A DNA stretch of 64,000 nucleotides from an uncultured Gammaproteobacteria bacterium. GTDB lineage: Bacteria > Patescibacteriota > Patescibacteriia > UBA1558 > 2-01-FULL-52-15. The DNA lies in the NCBI GenBank assembly GCA_964402565.1, contig CAYOCJ010000002.1, positions 391,340 through 455,339 on the forward strand. Reading direction: 5' to 3'. The translations under genes and the position numbers were made by a program. This document shows, piece after piece, positions 18,101-26,859 of the stretch (positions are counted from its first letter, which is position 1; each line of letters opens with the position of its first letter). The notes under the pieces are model-generated. The model was not told the origin of the DNA and did not search any database. It was given only the letters and a program-made list of their open reading frames with translations.

Positions 18101-21100
18101 CGTTGGCTTCAAGTGGACATTGCATAGTGGCCTGAAATTGAATCCGGAGACGTGGTATGAAGTTCGTCTTGATGACGGGTCCGGAACGCCGACAAGCCGC
18201 ATACAGGCAGTCGACGGCAGCTTCTATAAAGGAAGCCAATTCCTCGGCGATGATACTTCTTTGCAGGAGCCTGATGACTTTAAGTGGCATTTCAGAACAC
18301 GGACCGTGGTACAGGGAAGCTGCGAGATCAATGCGGTCTCGCTCAATCCGGCGACGTTGACCGTGCCGGTCGGCGGCATAGGCGGGCCGATGGTCGCCGT
18401 CCCGACCAGCGCTCAGTGTTATGTGTGCGGCGGCGATTATCTGTATGACTGGGATCCAAATCCTATCGGCGCAGCTCCATATGCAACCTATAATCCCGTC
18501 AATCCGCCTTTTTCCTATCAGACTAATTTTTCAGGTTTGAATATAACGCCTGCACCGGTAGATATAACGGCGACATTGCGCGGGAGCAGCAATCCATCAG
18601 GTATTCCGATTACGAGCAATACCGCAGCGCTGAGTGTCGCCTTTATACCGCCGTATGTGACGAGCCATTCTCCTGATTCAAGCTGTGAAGCGGTGTGCAG
18701 GAACGTAGCGCCCTTTGCGACATTCAATATGAATGTCCGCTCGTCAACGATCACGACTGCCAATATACAGATACGACAATGTAATGCAGCGGATCCGCTG
18801 TGTACGACATATACAGGCGGGCCAGTGCCGATCACGCTCGTCCCATTACCAGCTGCACCAGATACCAATCGTGTCGACATCACGCCGACCGGCGGTTTGC
18901 TTCCAGCAACAAAATACCGCGTTATATTGACTAACGGCATTCAGAATTCACAGGGCCAGGGTCTTACATTATTGAACTATCCTTCAGGCGCGCCGACATC
19001 GTATTCATGGACTTTCCAGACTTCATTAGCGATTTGCGAAGCTGATGGTCTCAATGTGACGCCGGTCACTGCAACCATACCATCGCTTGGCGGCACGCAA
19101 GATTATATTGCGCATCCGACCGCTACGCTGAATTGCGGATCAGGCCCTGTGCCAGTTGGCATTGATGCAAATCGATACAACTATGGCTGGTACTCAAATA
19201 ACTTCACCGTAGCAACGATGATGTCGAGCACGTTGAACCAGGGCACTATGCAGGGAGTTAGTGCAGTTTTGGGTATACCGCCCGGAATAACGCAAGCGCA
19301 TGTAGATATGACGAATAAGGCTGGCAATCCAGCTGTCAATCTTTCAGCTGAAGGCGAAGTGGTTGTAAAAGATTCCAGAAAGCCGATAAATTTCATCGGC
19401 CATAGGCCTGATGATGCGCCGCATTCACCGCCGGAAAACGCTTCAGCTGCATGTGCGGTGCAGCCACCCGGAACGGCCGATCCGCTGCAATGCGCGAATC
19501 AATGCAGGAACGTACAGGTCAGTGCATTCTTCAGCACTCCCATTGATCCGAATTCATTTGCATCAGGACCTCCTTCAGGACTTGTTGCGCGCTATACGTT
19601 CGATGATGGAACCGGCAAAGATGTCGTCGGCGGCAATACTGCTGTTCTTGCAGCTGCACCGAGCGACCCGGCTGCTGTGTCAGGCGCACAATGCGTACTC
19701 AATAGATGTATGGACCTTGACCTCGGAGCTCCGCCGTTCAGCGCAAGTTCTGATAACATGACGGTGACTAATTTCAGCGGACTGCCAACCAATGAAATCA
19801 GCATTTCGGCTTGGGTAAGCGCAAGGACATTCACCGGCGTGGGCCAGAGAATTCTTGGCCATGATTGGGCGACTACCAATACTCCTGGGTGTACAGCTGG
19901 TCAGGCAAACGTTGGGGGTAACCCAGCGAACCCGCCATGCGTCTATAATCATGGATGGCTCTTATATGCGTATGCTCCGGGCGATTTCTATTTCGGAGTT
20001 TACGGTTCGCCGTGGAACGATCAGCATGTTGCTCGCTTTACAGCACCGACCGCATCTCCAAATACGTTGTATCATCTGGTAGGCACCTATGATGGATCGA
20101 TCGTGAAACTGTATGTGAATGGCGTGGCAGCTCCAGATGCAAATGGCTGGAGCCCGTCAACGCCGTCACCGATCGTACTTGATACCACAGGCGATGTAGT
20201 GTTCGGCTCTTCATTCGATGGCGCTCTTGATGATGTTCAGATCTATAATCGCGCCTTGTCACCGGTCGAGGTTAGCCAAGTACGCTTGATGGCCACTGGC
20301 GCTGCAGGCGCATCGGCCAATTTTAATGTGACTGACATGGCCACTGGTGCTGTCGTACCTGGAACGATCTCGGTCCATAATTACCAAGACCCTGCCTCGG
20401 GTGTTTGTACGATAAATACAGCAGTCGTTTGTAATCCCTCTCTCGCATGTCCGGCAGGAGCAGGTGAATGCAATTATACGCGGGGACGTGTCGACTTTAC
20501 CCCGGCGCTTGCATCTACCGCTGCATCTACTGCAGGGCTGGTTTCGAAGTATAGTTTCGACGCAGGGACTGCTCAAGATGAAGTTGGTGCGAATAATGGC
20601 ACGCTGAACGGAGGAGTAATCGCAACAGCGCCGAATGCTTCAATTCCGTACCTGCAAGGAGGCATGAGCCTTGATGGCGTCGATGATAATATTTCATTCC
20701 CCGCAGGGACAAACTATGACTATCCTAATTTTACGGTTTCATTCTGGGCCAAGGCAAATACGGTGGCATTGAAGCATGTCACCACAATGATCGGCAAGGG
20801 AGATTGGAATGATCCTGCGAATCACAATTGGTACCTAGGGTTTAAAGGCCAAGACATAGCCCCGCGAGATGCAACCAGTGTTTCATTCGTCTATGGTGTG
20901 CCCTGGGATAGCGGAGCATCATTAGCAATGTCCAGCTTTGATGCAACGCAATGGCATCACTATGCCGGCGTAGCTACTCCGACAAACGAGTATCTCTATA
21001 TAGACGGCACATTGCGCGCATCGATTGCGGCCGGCCACGCAAGCGTTAGCAATGGCCAGCCGGGTACGATCGGACACACAAGCTATATACCAAATCTGCC

Positions 21101-24100
21101 ATTTTTCAAAGGCGAGGTCGATGACGTACGTATTTTCAATCGCGCATTATCTGCCGGCGAAGTGAATCAGATCCGCCAAGAGGCCTTGGGCACTGCCGCA
21201 TCTCCTGGCGTCTTTGCACCAAGCACATCGTATAAAGTAAATATTTGTAATGCCGGTTCATGCTCATTGCAGCCGATCCTGAGCGATGAAGGTATGCCGT
21301 TCGTGACGCCATTGAATTTTGCCTTCAAAACAAAGGATGATGTTTGCCAGATCAGCTATGTCGAAGTATCGCCGAATCCGGCAGAGTTCACTGACCGTAG
21401 ACTCGAGTGTCTAGCGTCTGATGCGCCGCTTTGTACGAATGCAACGCCAAAAGCCATCATAGCTCAGGCGAAAGACCAGACCGGTTCTGATCTAACGGCC
21501 GCATATACCTGGCGGAAGACCATTGAGAAAGGTGGGTCCTATTCAAGTCAGATGTATGTACTGGATCAGTCAGGCACTCAGGCCCAGGTTCAGCATAAAG
21601 GCGTCCTCGGTATTGATTATAATGAGGTCACTGCTGATGGCGGCGTCGCCGGCACCGCTAAAGCTCAGGGCAGAATGGATTTCTCATTCTGCGAGAAGCC
21701 ATGGATAGGCGATACTGGTCCGAATACCGCATACTATCTGGATCCGACCTATGACTTGAAACTTTCATATTGCCGCGATGCGGCAGGTTTGAGCGAGCCG
21801 ACTGCTACCAGTACGCTCCCGAATTTGCCGGCACCGCATATCATTCGCTCAGGAACTGACTTCACATTCGGCGGCGACCTGATCAAGGAGCATGTGTTTA
21901 TCGTCGGTACGAATGTGAACTCTACCGGCACGCTGACCAGCGGAAATCCGGTACTGACGCCGGTTACCGGCATATCAACGACGAATTATCATCTCGGCGA
22001 TTTCGTGTATATCAAGCTCGATGCCCGCGATCCAGAAGGCGATTCATTCTTGTATACGATGACCGGCGAAGGCGGCGCTGATGCATTGCCTGCATCTGCA
22101 AGCTTCAATCCGCGCACCGGTGTCTTCATGTGGGTAATAGACAAAATACCGACGACGAATGGAGACGCGAATGCAAATAATGACTTTGCCATCACCTTCA
22201 ACACCACGCCTGCCTCGACCGGTGCTTCGACGGTCTATATCAACGTTGTGCCGACAACCACCACAACGCCAGTGAACCCTCCGGTGGTGAGCTTCACCAG
22301 TGCAACGGTGCCAGCTCCGCCGCCGCCAGCAATTATCGAGGGCGGAACCATGAATATCGATTACGGCAAGGAAGTCATCTTCAATACCAACGTGACCGGC
22401 TATGGCGGCGGTGCAGCCGGTGTCGTCAAATCATTTGTCTGGGATTTCCAGGACTCAGGCCTTACCTCGTATACTGATATTGGCGCGCCCACCTATAGTG
22501 CTCGGCACACGTTCCTTCAGTCCGGATTGCATCAGGTTACGTTTAGAGTACAGAATAGCGCCAATGCCTGGTCATTGCCGGCAGTCGTGAACATTATTGT
22601 CCGGCCAAAGACATCAATGCTTGATCCGTCCCTGTCTTCGCGCTCAGTGGCAATTGCAGGTTCTCCGTTCAAAGCGCTTATTGACGGTTTGCGTTCATTA
22701 TTCGCGCGAACCGCATTTGGTCAGTCACAGGGCGCTGCACCGTCAGAGGTGGCTGCTGTTTCAGTCGACGATGCTTCAACAACGAATAACCTCGTGAATG
22801 TACAGCTCTCGTGGAGAAATAACGGGACCTATAACGGCATCAAGATTTATCGAGATAATGCTGCCGTGCCGATCTATACCTCGCCAGCTGGTCCAATACC
22901 GACCACCTACACTGACCCAGGCCGTACCATCGGCACCGACTATGTCTATAAGGTCTGTGGGATTATAGGCACAGCCGAGAAATGCACTGAAGTCACGACG
23001 ACCGCTCGCCGCGTAGACTATGACATTATCGTTGCGCGCGTCTACCGGAATATTGGCATGCTTTCTGTGCGTGAATGGTATGAGGCCTATGCGCCAAATC
23101 CGACCGGCAGTCCGGCTTCGATAACGGTTGACGGTTATGACGCGATCAAGGATGGCTCCTCGGTATATGTAGGCATGGCTAACTGCGTTGACCCGGTGGC
23201 CTGTACGGGCAACCCGGGCATCTATACGAATATTTTGCTCCTGAGTTATAACGAGAATGCTCAGCAGTCTACCAAGGATATTTTCGACCAGCTCGTCAGC
23301 ACTATCCGTATTAATGAACGGTTGGTGACCCGCGACAATGGACGCGGCGCCTCGGATACCTGCAGCGGTGATGCAACGATCTCATGCGATACTGGCCATG
23401 ATGCGGTTTGTCAGGCAAAGAATGCCGGTCTCTGTACATCAGCGAAAGCAGAACTTCGCCGTGACCATAAGCGCGTCGTGGACTTGCATAGCATCAAGGC
23501 AAGTTTGGATGGCTATGCGCTCCAGCACCATTTCTGCGATGATGGAACCAATTCACGGGCGTGCAATGTTGATAGTGATTGCGGAGCGGGGCGGCGATGT
23601 ATTGCAGCGTACCCATCGCTCTCTTCAGGAAGCTATTTGGGAGGCATTTCAACGAGCCAGTGGCCGTCATGGAACGCAACCCTGGCACAGGATTTGAACA
23701 GCAGTTCATTGCCGAAAGATCCTATCAATAAATTCGGCGCAAATTTCTATTCAGCAACTCCGGCAAGCTGTCTGACACTTGTCGATGGGGCAGGCAATCC
23801 CGTGACCGGCCATGACAAGGACACGTGCTGGAACCAGAGAACATTGAAGATGCAATGCCAGAGGTATTCGGAAGTCTATGTCTACAAGAATTCCTTAGGA
23901 TCAAATTATAATCTATACGCGAATGCCGAAGCTCGAACGTGGCGCTGGGCAAACCTCGACACGCATGTCATTCTGACTGACCCGACGCTTGGCAATTTGT
24001 GCTTAGACAATGCGCGCGTCAATGCGGTGTGCGGCAATGGCGTCGTTGAGCGCTACTGTTCGAACAATAGTTCACAGTCATGCGCAGCGGATGCTGATTG

Positions 24101-26837
24101 CGGCGCTGGTAATACCTGCGTCGGTGAGCGATGCGACGGCGGATTTACGAATTATTGCGATTACCATTTTGGAGAAGCACGCTGGAATACCGATTTCACA
24201 GTCGGTTGTAATGCAACCTGCAGCGACTGGGGTGATCCGTATGCGCCAAACACCGCAACTGCCGGCCGCGCTGCATGCGGAGGAGCGTGTGGCGACGGTA
24301 TTGCTCAGACGCCTGCTTCGTCTCCGCCGGGCCCAGAACAATGCGATGGCGCAGCGCCTGCAACAACACATTGCACCAGCGGCGGGGCTGCGTATTGTAC
24401 AACGTCATGCCAGGTAGCATGTACGCAAGGCAGGCCATATAGCGGTACGTGCAATGACGGTATCGTACAAGCAGGCGAAGTGTGCGACGAAGGAAATATT
24501 TTGAACGGAACACCTGGTCATTGCAACCGAGCTTGCTCGGGCTATGGTTCTTTCTGCGGCGACGGAACGCTGACCCCTACTACTCAGACAGATCTGGGCT
24601 GCACCTGTGATTCGGCAGTCAGCTGTACGGCAGGCAGAGCTGTTATGGGCGCTGTGTGTGCCCGTTCATGCGCGGCTGCAGGACCAGCGCATCTGTATTC
24701 CTGCGTCAGCAATACAGAAGAGTGCGACACAGTCGCGGGGCTTACTAATTATAGCTGCCCTGCAAATTCAACATTGTATTGCGATACACAGTGTAACCGG
24801 GCTTGTACTGCAGACCTGAGAAATGATACTGCGGGCAACCGCCAGAGCATCCCGGTCTATGAACATTATTATAATGTTGCCAATGATGAGGATTTCGATT
24901 ATACAACCTTGAAAGTAGCTGATGCTCCCTATACGACCAAAGGCATCGCATTCTATGCAAACCCGCTAGGCGCATGCCCTGGACCAAGCGGCGTTACCGT
25001 TAATCGTTATGCGAGCACGACCAATAAGGATATTATCCTTAGGACATCGCTTCCTGCAGGCTCATGGACGCTTCTCGGCCCCGAGTTTTGTGCCTACACA
25101 GGAGCAGTAGCGGCAGATTCCAATATTGTGCCGGTTTACGACTGGGCATATTCGCCAAGTTCGAACCCGAAGACAAGTTTGCCGTCTGATTCGGATCATA
25201 AATTCTCGCGCAGCAGCTCGACAGCGCCGATCAACGGTGAAGGAACGAGTTATGTGATCCAGAATTCAGGATCGCCGATCTTCTGGGCTCGCCTCGGTCC
25301 ATTGCAGGAAACATGCGGCAATGATGTTCTCGAAGGCCTCGAAGAATGCGAACCAGGCACATACCAAGTGCCGACCGCTGAACAGGCGACGAGCGATAAT
25401 CGCCAGTATCAATGCGGCGCCGTATTTACGCCGAATGCATGCAGATTGTATGGAGGCTGGTGCGGCGATGGAGCAAAGAATGATCCATTCGAACAATGCG
25501 ATGAAGGTTTGCGATTCGTCTGTTCGGGGAATGCTGCAACGACCTGCAAGAATGATGATGATTGCAGCAAGCTCGGCTACGGCACCTGCCTCGGCAATGG
25601 CGCGCCCTGTAATAATGCGGCAGGAAACTGCACCTATTGCACTAAGTCATGCGGCAATGGCCTGATACCGCGCAATTATTGCGGCGACGGCATCGTGAAC
25701 TGCGGTGTGGACGCTATCTGCGGTAATGCAGACGATGTAGAGATCTGTGATGACGGAGCCGATAATGGCAAATCCTTGAAATGCAATGAGACGTGCAGCG
25801 GTTTGACCGGTACCGTATGCGGCAAGAATGGCGTCGAGAGATTCTGCAGCAATAACTCAGCTAATAAATGCGACACCCCGGGTAATCAAACGCTCTGTAC
25901 TACCGGAGGAGGCGTCTGCACTGGTGAAGTGTGTGACGATGGCGTCAACAATGGCCGCTGGACCAATACCTGCAGTAATAATGCAGATTGCAGGACTGAT
26001 GCTGATTGCGGCGCATTCGGCCCTTGCGGATCAGGTACGCCGCATGCATTCTGCAATTTCAGCTGCTTGGGCCCGACGGTTCCGTATTGCGGCGATGGCG
26101 TCGTGGAGGCAAGAAATGCTGGTCCTGATGGTAAGATCGTTTGTAGTAATGATGCTACGAAGACCTGCACGCAAGATGCTGCTGGTGACGCATATTGCAG
26201 AAGCCTTCCTGGCGGGACTCCCGCGGATGCGTGCAATAAAGATTATGTGACTGAGGTTTGTGACCTTGGCGCTGCGGTGAATGGCCAGCCAGGACAATGC
26301 AATGCGTCCTGTACTGGTCTTGCTCCATCACAATGCGGTAATGGCACCATTGATAATGGACGATGCACTATTAATGTGAGTAAGCCATGCACATCTCCTT
26401 CGGATTGTACTTCTGCTGAGGGGCAATGCCGGGGGACTGGGACTTGTACACTGAATGCGAATAAAACATGTCAGGATGATAGTGGCTGCTTGGCCGGAGA
26501 AGGTACCTGTGCAGGAGTAGAGACTTGTGACCAACCTTCGTCAGCGCCAGTCTTGCAGGCATGTAATGACGACACCTGGGGAGCACCTGGTAAGCCTGGT
26601 CTACAAACTGTCGGGTGTAACCTCTGTGTCTCTCAAAGTACCCAATGCCATGCATTCGGTTTGAAGATCTGGTCTGATGGAGCAGATGTTGCTTACCTGA
26701 ACGGGCATATGATGCTGCTTGATTTGGCGCCGCCGGGAGCACAATGCGTCGCAGATCCGTCACCGAATGGCGCTGATTATTCTGATGCCATTGCCGAAAG
26801 CCCAGCTCAGCCCAACAGTAATAAATGTGTTCCATAG
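15186..26837 (+). CDS. Giant (~3,880 aa) pilin-fused Cys-rich surface protein (IPT/TIG, Ig-like, 2x LamG, PKD, FN3-like, GspG-like, CGDG repeats)
   Basis: Uninterrupted ORF; pilin motif YGGLVWMTSQG..DKINRAKKII; IPT (VTI.G.NFG...W.D.QI); LamG (YHLVGTYDG, GEVDDVRIFNRALS); PKD (WDFQD...HTF..SG); many CG[DN]G...E.CD repeats. Confidence 0.85.
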   Translation: MHFRLSSRLKKIILGLVLAGGVAVFTHSALAQVSVDLPTSFAGFSSQDLKLTIANIVRIVLGFIGILFLLLVLYGGLVWMTSQGQPDKINRAKKIIASAVIGLLIVLSAYSIAGFIVGSLQGAVSPTPPGPPAVCGDGAVTGGEQCDDGNTLNGDGCSAFCAIEGVIPGCTLPTVPGSVKVCNVTNPAYRSQVAVINGYNFGASVGTVTINGVAVTPVACGPSSGWSGGSIVVDIPATIPLGTIGAQNVVVTRSDSATCAAGNCGVTNVSIGSSPFIRCMTPNFGPSNGTGDIKVEGGNFGTVQGNIEMEGAAPAPANRFLVGAANLIGPWTNEEVHFRAPAAGAPQQAVSGDVVLVTSTAARSNGMPFTVTCSVASSASSECATNCCTPSLQCRPMLECVAAAAGGPFISSINPNNGEEGNYVTINGSGFGAARGTSVLHFLWPDATNTDYPNSFPSNPACTANWSDTQIIMEVPPVGGVGDGPDSPPNGIVWVTTGVGDSNQVPFTINDIVRPGLCKVSPTSGFPNLPPPFHLNGNNMSGAAQKIFFGVPPGIDATSPNFIDAQNADGMIPNLIAGTTTVAFSVGVGAATQYSNPLDFAVLGVAAGDPIINSVTPLSGPSGTYVTIQGANFGTTIGKVFLSPIGHPGCGPGSPSPTGNDCLADIAFPAMCSTDFWRDDQIIVKVPKTGPPGNTPAGNYFFIVQRASTPVKTSQMVSIPNTNGIFVKNDALPVTPGLCRINPVGGPAGTPVDYFGENFGVTPGPQSSIWFDKDAGVTTGFTWTDTQVLGAVVPGSAITGTTTVQHNDRNRSNPIPFFVGSCTSNLQCGSATCCSGVCRVGACNATTHDENNWQFTSGQYDFDLERRQQCTEGMQTPTPFPYDHVNMNWDGFFDPVILPVYDENDPITNAPLDVAIAAEFNRPLNYATIEGPLPAFTDNGVRIFRCNAASPTFNGTGCTEVTGDGDFAPLGSVGFKWTLHSGLKLNPETWYEVRLDDGSGTPTSRIQAVDGSFYKGSQFLGDDTSLQEPDDFKWHFRTRTVVQGSCEINAVSLNPATLTVPVGGIGGPMVAVPTSAQCYVCGGDYLYDWDPNPIGAAPYATYNPVNPPFSYQTNFSGLNITPAPVDITATLRGSSNPSGIPITSNTAALSVAFIPPYVTSHSPDSSCEAVCRNVAPFATFNMNVRSSTITTANIQIRQCNAADPLCTTYTGGPVPITLVPLPAAPDTNRVDITPTGGLLPATKYRVILTNGIQNSQGQGLTLLNYPSGAPTSYSWTFQTSLAICEADGLNVTPVTATIPSLGGTQDYIAHPTATLNCGSGPVPVGIDANRYNYGWYSNNFTVATMMSSTLNQGTMQGVSAVLGIPPGITQAHVDMTNKAGNPAVNLSAEGEVVVKDSRKPINFIGHRPDDAPHSPPENASAACAVQPPGTADPLQCANQCRNVQVSAFFSTPIDPNSFASGPPSGLVARYTFDDGTGKDVVGGNTAVLAAAPSDPAAVSGAQCVLNRCMDLDLGAPPFSASSDNMTVTNFSGLPTNEISISAWVSARTFTGVGQRILGHDWATTNTPGCTAGQANVGGNPANPPCVYNHGWLLYAYAPGDFYFGVYGSPWNDQHVARFTAPTASPNTLYHLVGTYDGSIVKLYVNGVAAPDANGWSPSTPSPIVLDTTGDVVFGSSFDGALDDVQIYNRALSPVEVSQVRLMATGAAGASANFNVTDMATGAVVPGTISVHNYQDPASGVCTINTAVVCNPSLACPAGAGECNYTRGRVDFTPALASTAASTAGLVSKYSFDAGTAQDEVGANNGTLNGGVIATAPNASIPYLQGGMSLDGVDDNISFPAGTNYDYPNFTVSFWAKANTVALKHVTTMIGKGDWNDPANHNWYLGFKGQDIAPRDATSVSFVYGVPWDSGASLAMSSFDATQWHHYAGVATPTNEYLYIDGTLRASIAAGHASVSNGQPGTIGHTSYIPNLPFFKGEVDDVRIFNRALSAGEVNQIRQEALGTAASPGVFAPSTSYKVNICNAGSCSLQPILSDEGMPFVTPLNFAFKTKDDVCQISYVEVSPNPAEFTDRRLECLASDAPLCTNATPKAIIAQAKDQTGSDLTAAYTWRKTIEKGGSYSSQMYVLDQSGTQAQVQHKGVLGIDYNEVTADGGVAGTAKAQGRMDFSFCEKPWIGDTGPNTAYYLDPTYDLKLSYCRDAAGLSEPTATSTLPNLPAPHIIRSGTDFTFGGDLIKEHVFIVGTNVNSTGTLTSGNPVLTPVTGISTTNYHLGDFVYIKLDARDPEGDSFLYTMTGEGGADALPASASFNPRTGVFMWVIDKIPTTNGDANANNDFAITFNTTPASTGASTVYINVVPTTTTTPVNPPVVSFTSATVPAPPPPAIIEGGTMNIDYGKEVIFNTNVTGYGGGAAGVVKSFVWDFQDSGLTSYTDIGAPTYSARHTFLQSGLHQVTFRVQNSANAWSLPAVVNIIVRPKTSMLDPSLSSRSVAIAGSPFKALIDGLRSLFARTAFGQSQGAAPSEVAAVSVDDASTTNNLVNVQLSWRNNGTYNGIKIYRDNAAVPIYTSPAGPIPTTYTDPGRTIGTDYVYKVCGIIGTAEKCTEVTTTARRVDYDIIVARVYRNIGMLSVREWYEAYAPNPTGSPASITVDGYDAIKDGSSVYVGMANCVDPVACTGNPGIYTNILLLSYNENAQQSTKDIFDQLVSTIRINERLVTRDNGRGASDTCSGDATISCDTGHDAVCQAKNAGLCTSAKAELRRDHKRVVDLHSIKASLDGYALQHHFCDDGTNSRACNVDSDCGAGRRCIAAYPSLSSGSYLGGISTSQWPSWNATLAQDLNSSSLPKDPINKFGANFYSATPASCLTLVDGAGNPVTGHDKDTCWNQRTLKMQCQRYSEVYVYKNSLGSNYNLYANAEARTWRWANLDTHVILTDPTLGNLCLDNARVNAVCGNGVVERYCSNNSSQSCAADADCGAGNTCVGERCDGGFTNYCDYHFGEARWNTDFTVGCNATCSDWGDPYAPNTATAGRAACGGACGDGIAQTPASSPPGPEQCDGAAPATTHCTSGGAAYCTTSCQVACTQGRPYSGTCNDGIVQAGEVCDEGNILNGTPGHCNRACSGYGSFCGDGTLTPTTQTDLGCTCDSAVSCTAGRAVMGAVCARSCAAAGPAHLYSCVSNTEECDTVAGLTNYSCPANSTLYCDTQCNRACTADLRNDTAGNRQSIPVYEHYYNVANDEDFDYTTLKVADAPYTTKGIAFYANPLGACPGPSGVTVNRYASTTNKDIILRTSLPAGSWTLLGPEFCAYTGAVAADSNIVPVYDWAYSPSSNPKTSLPSDSDHKFSRSSSTAPINGEGTSYVIQNSGSPIFWARLGPLQETCGNDVLEGLEECEPGTYQVPTAEQATSDNRQYQCGAVFTPNACRLYGGWCGDGAKNDPFEQCDEGLRFVCSGNAATTCKNDDDCSKLGYGTCLGNGAPCNNAAGNCTYCTKSCGNGLIPRNYCGDGIVNCGVDAICGNADDVEICDDGADNGKSLKCNETCSGLTGTVCGKNGVERFCSNNSANKCDTPGNQTLCTTGGGVCTGEVCDDGVNNGRWTNTCSNNADCRTDADCGAFGPCGSGTPHAFCNFSCLGPTVPYCGDGVVEARNAGPDGKIVCSNDATKTCTQDAAGDAYCRSLPGGTPADACNKDYVTEVCDLGAAVNGQPGQCNASCTGLAPSQCGNGTIDNGRCTINVSKPCTSPSDCTSAEGQCRGTGTCTLNANKTCQDDSGCLAGEGTCAGVETCDQPSSAPVLQACNDDTWGAPGKPGLQTVGCNLCVSQSTQCHAFGLKIWSDGADVAYLNGHMMLLDLAPPGAQCVADPSPNGADYSDAIAESPAQPNSNKCVP

Positions 26838-26859
26838 AGTTTGATCGTGTACGGAGCAA

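Noticed and set aside
13451-26837. Conjugative element / ICE
   Set aside because: Pilin domains only; no VirB4, coupling protein, relaxase, integrase or att repeats seen.
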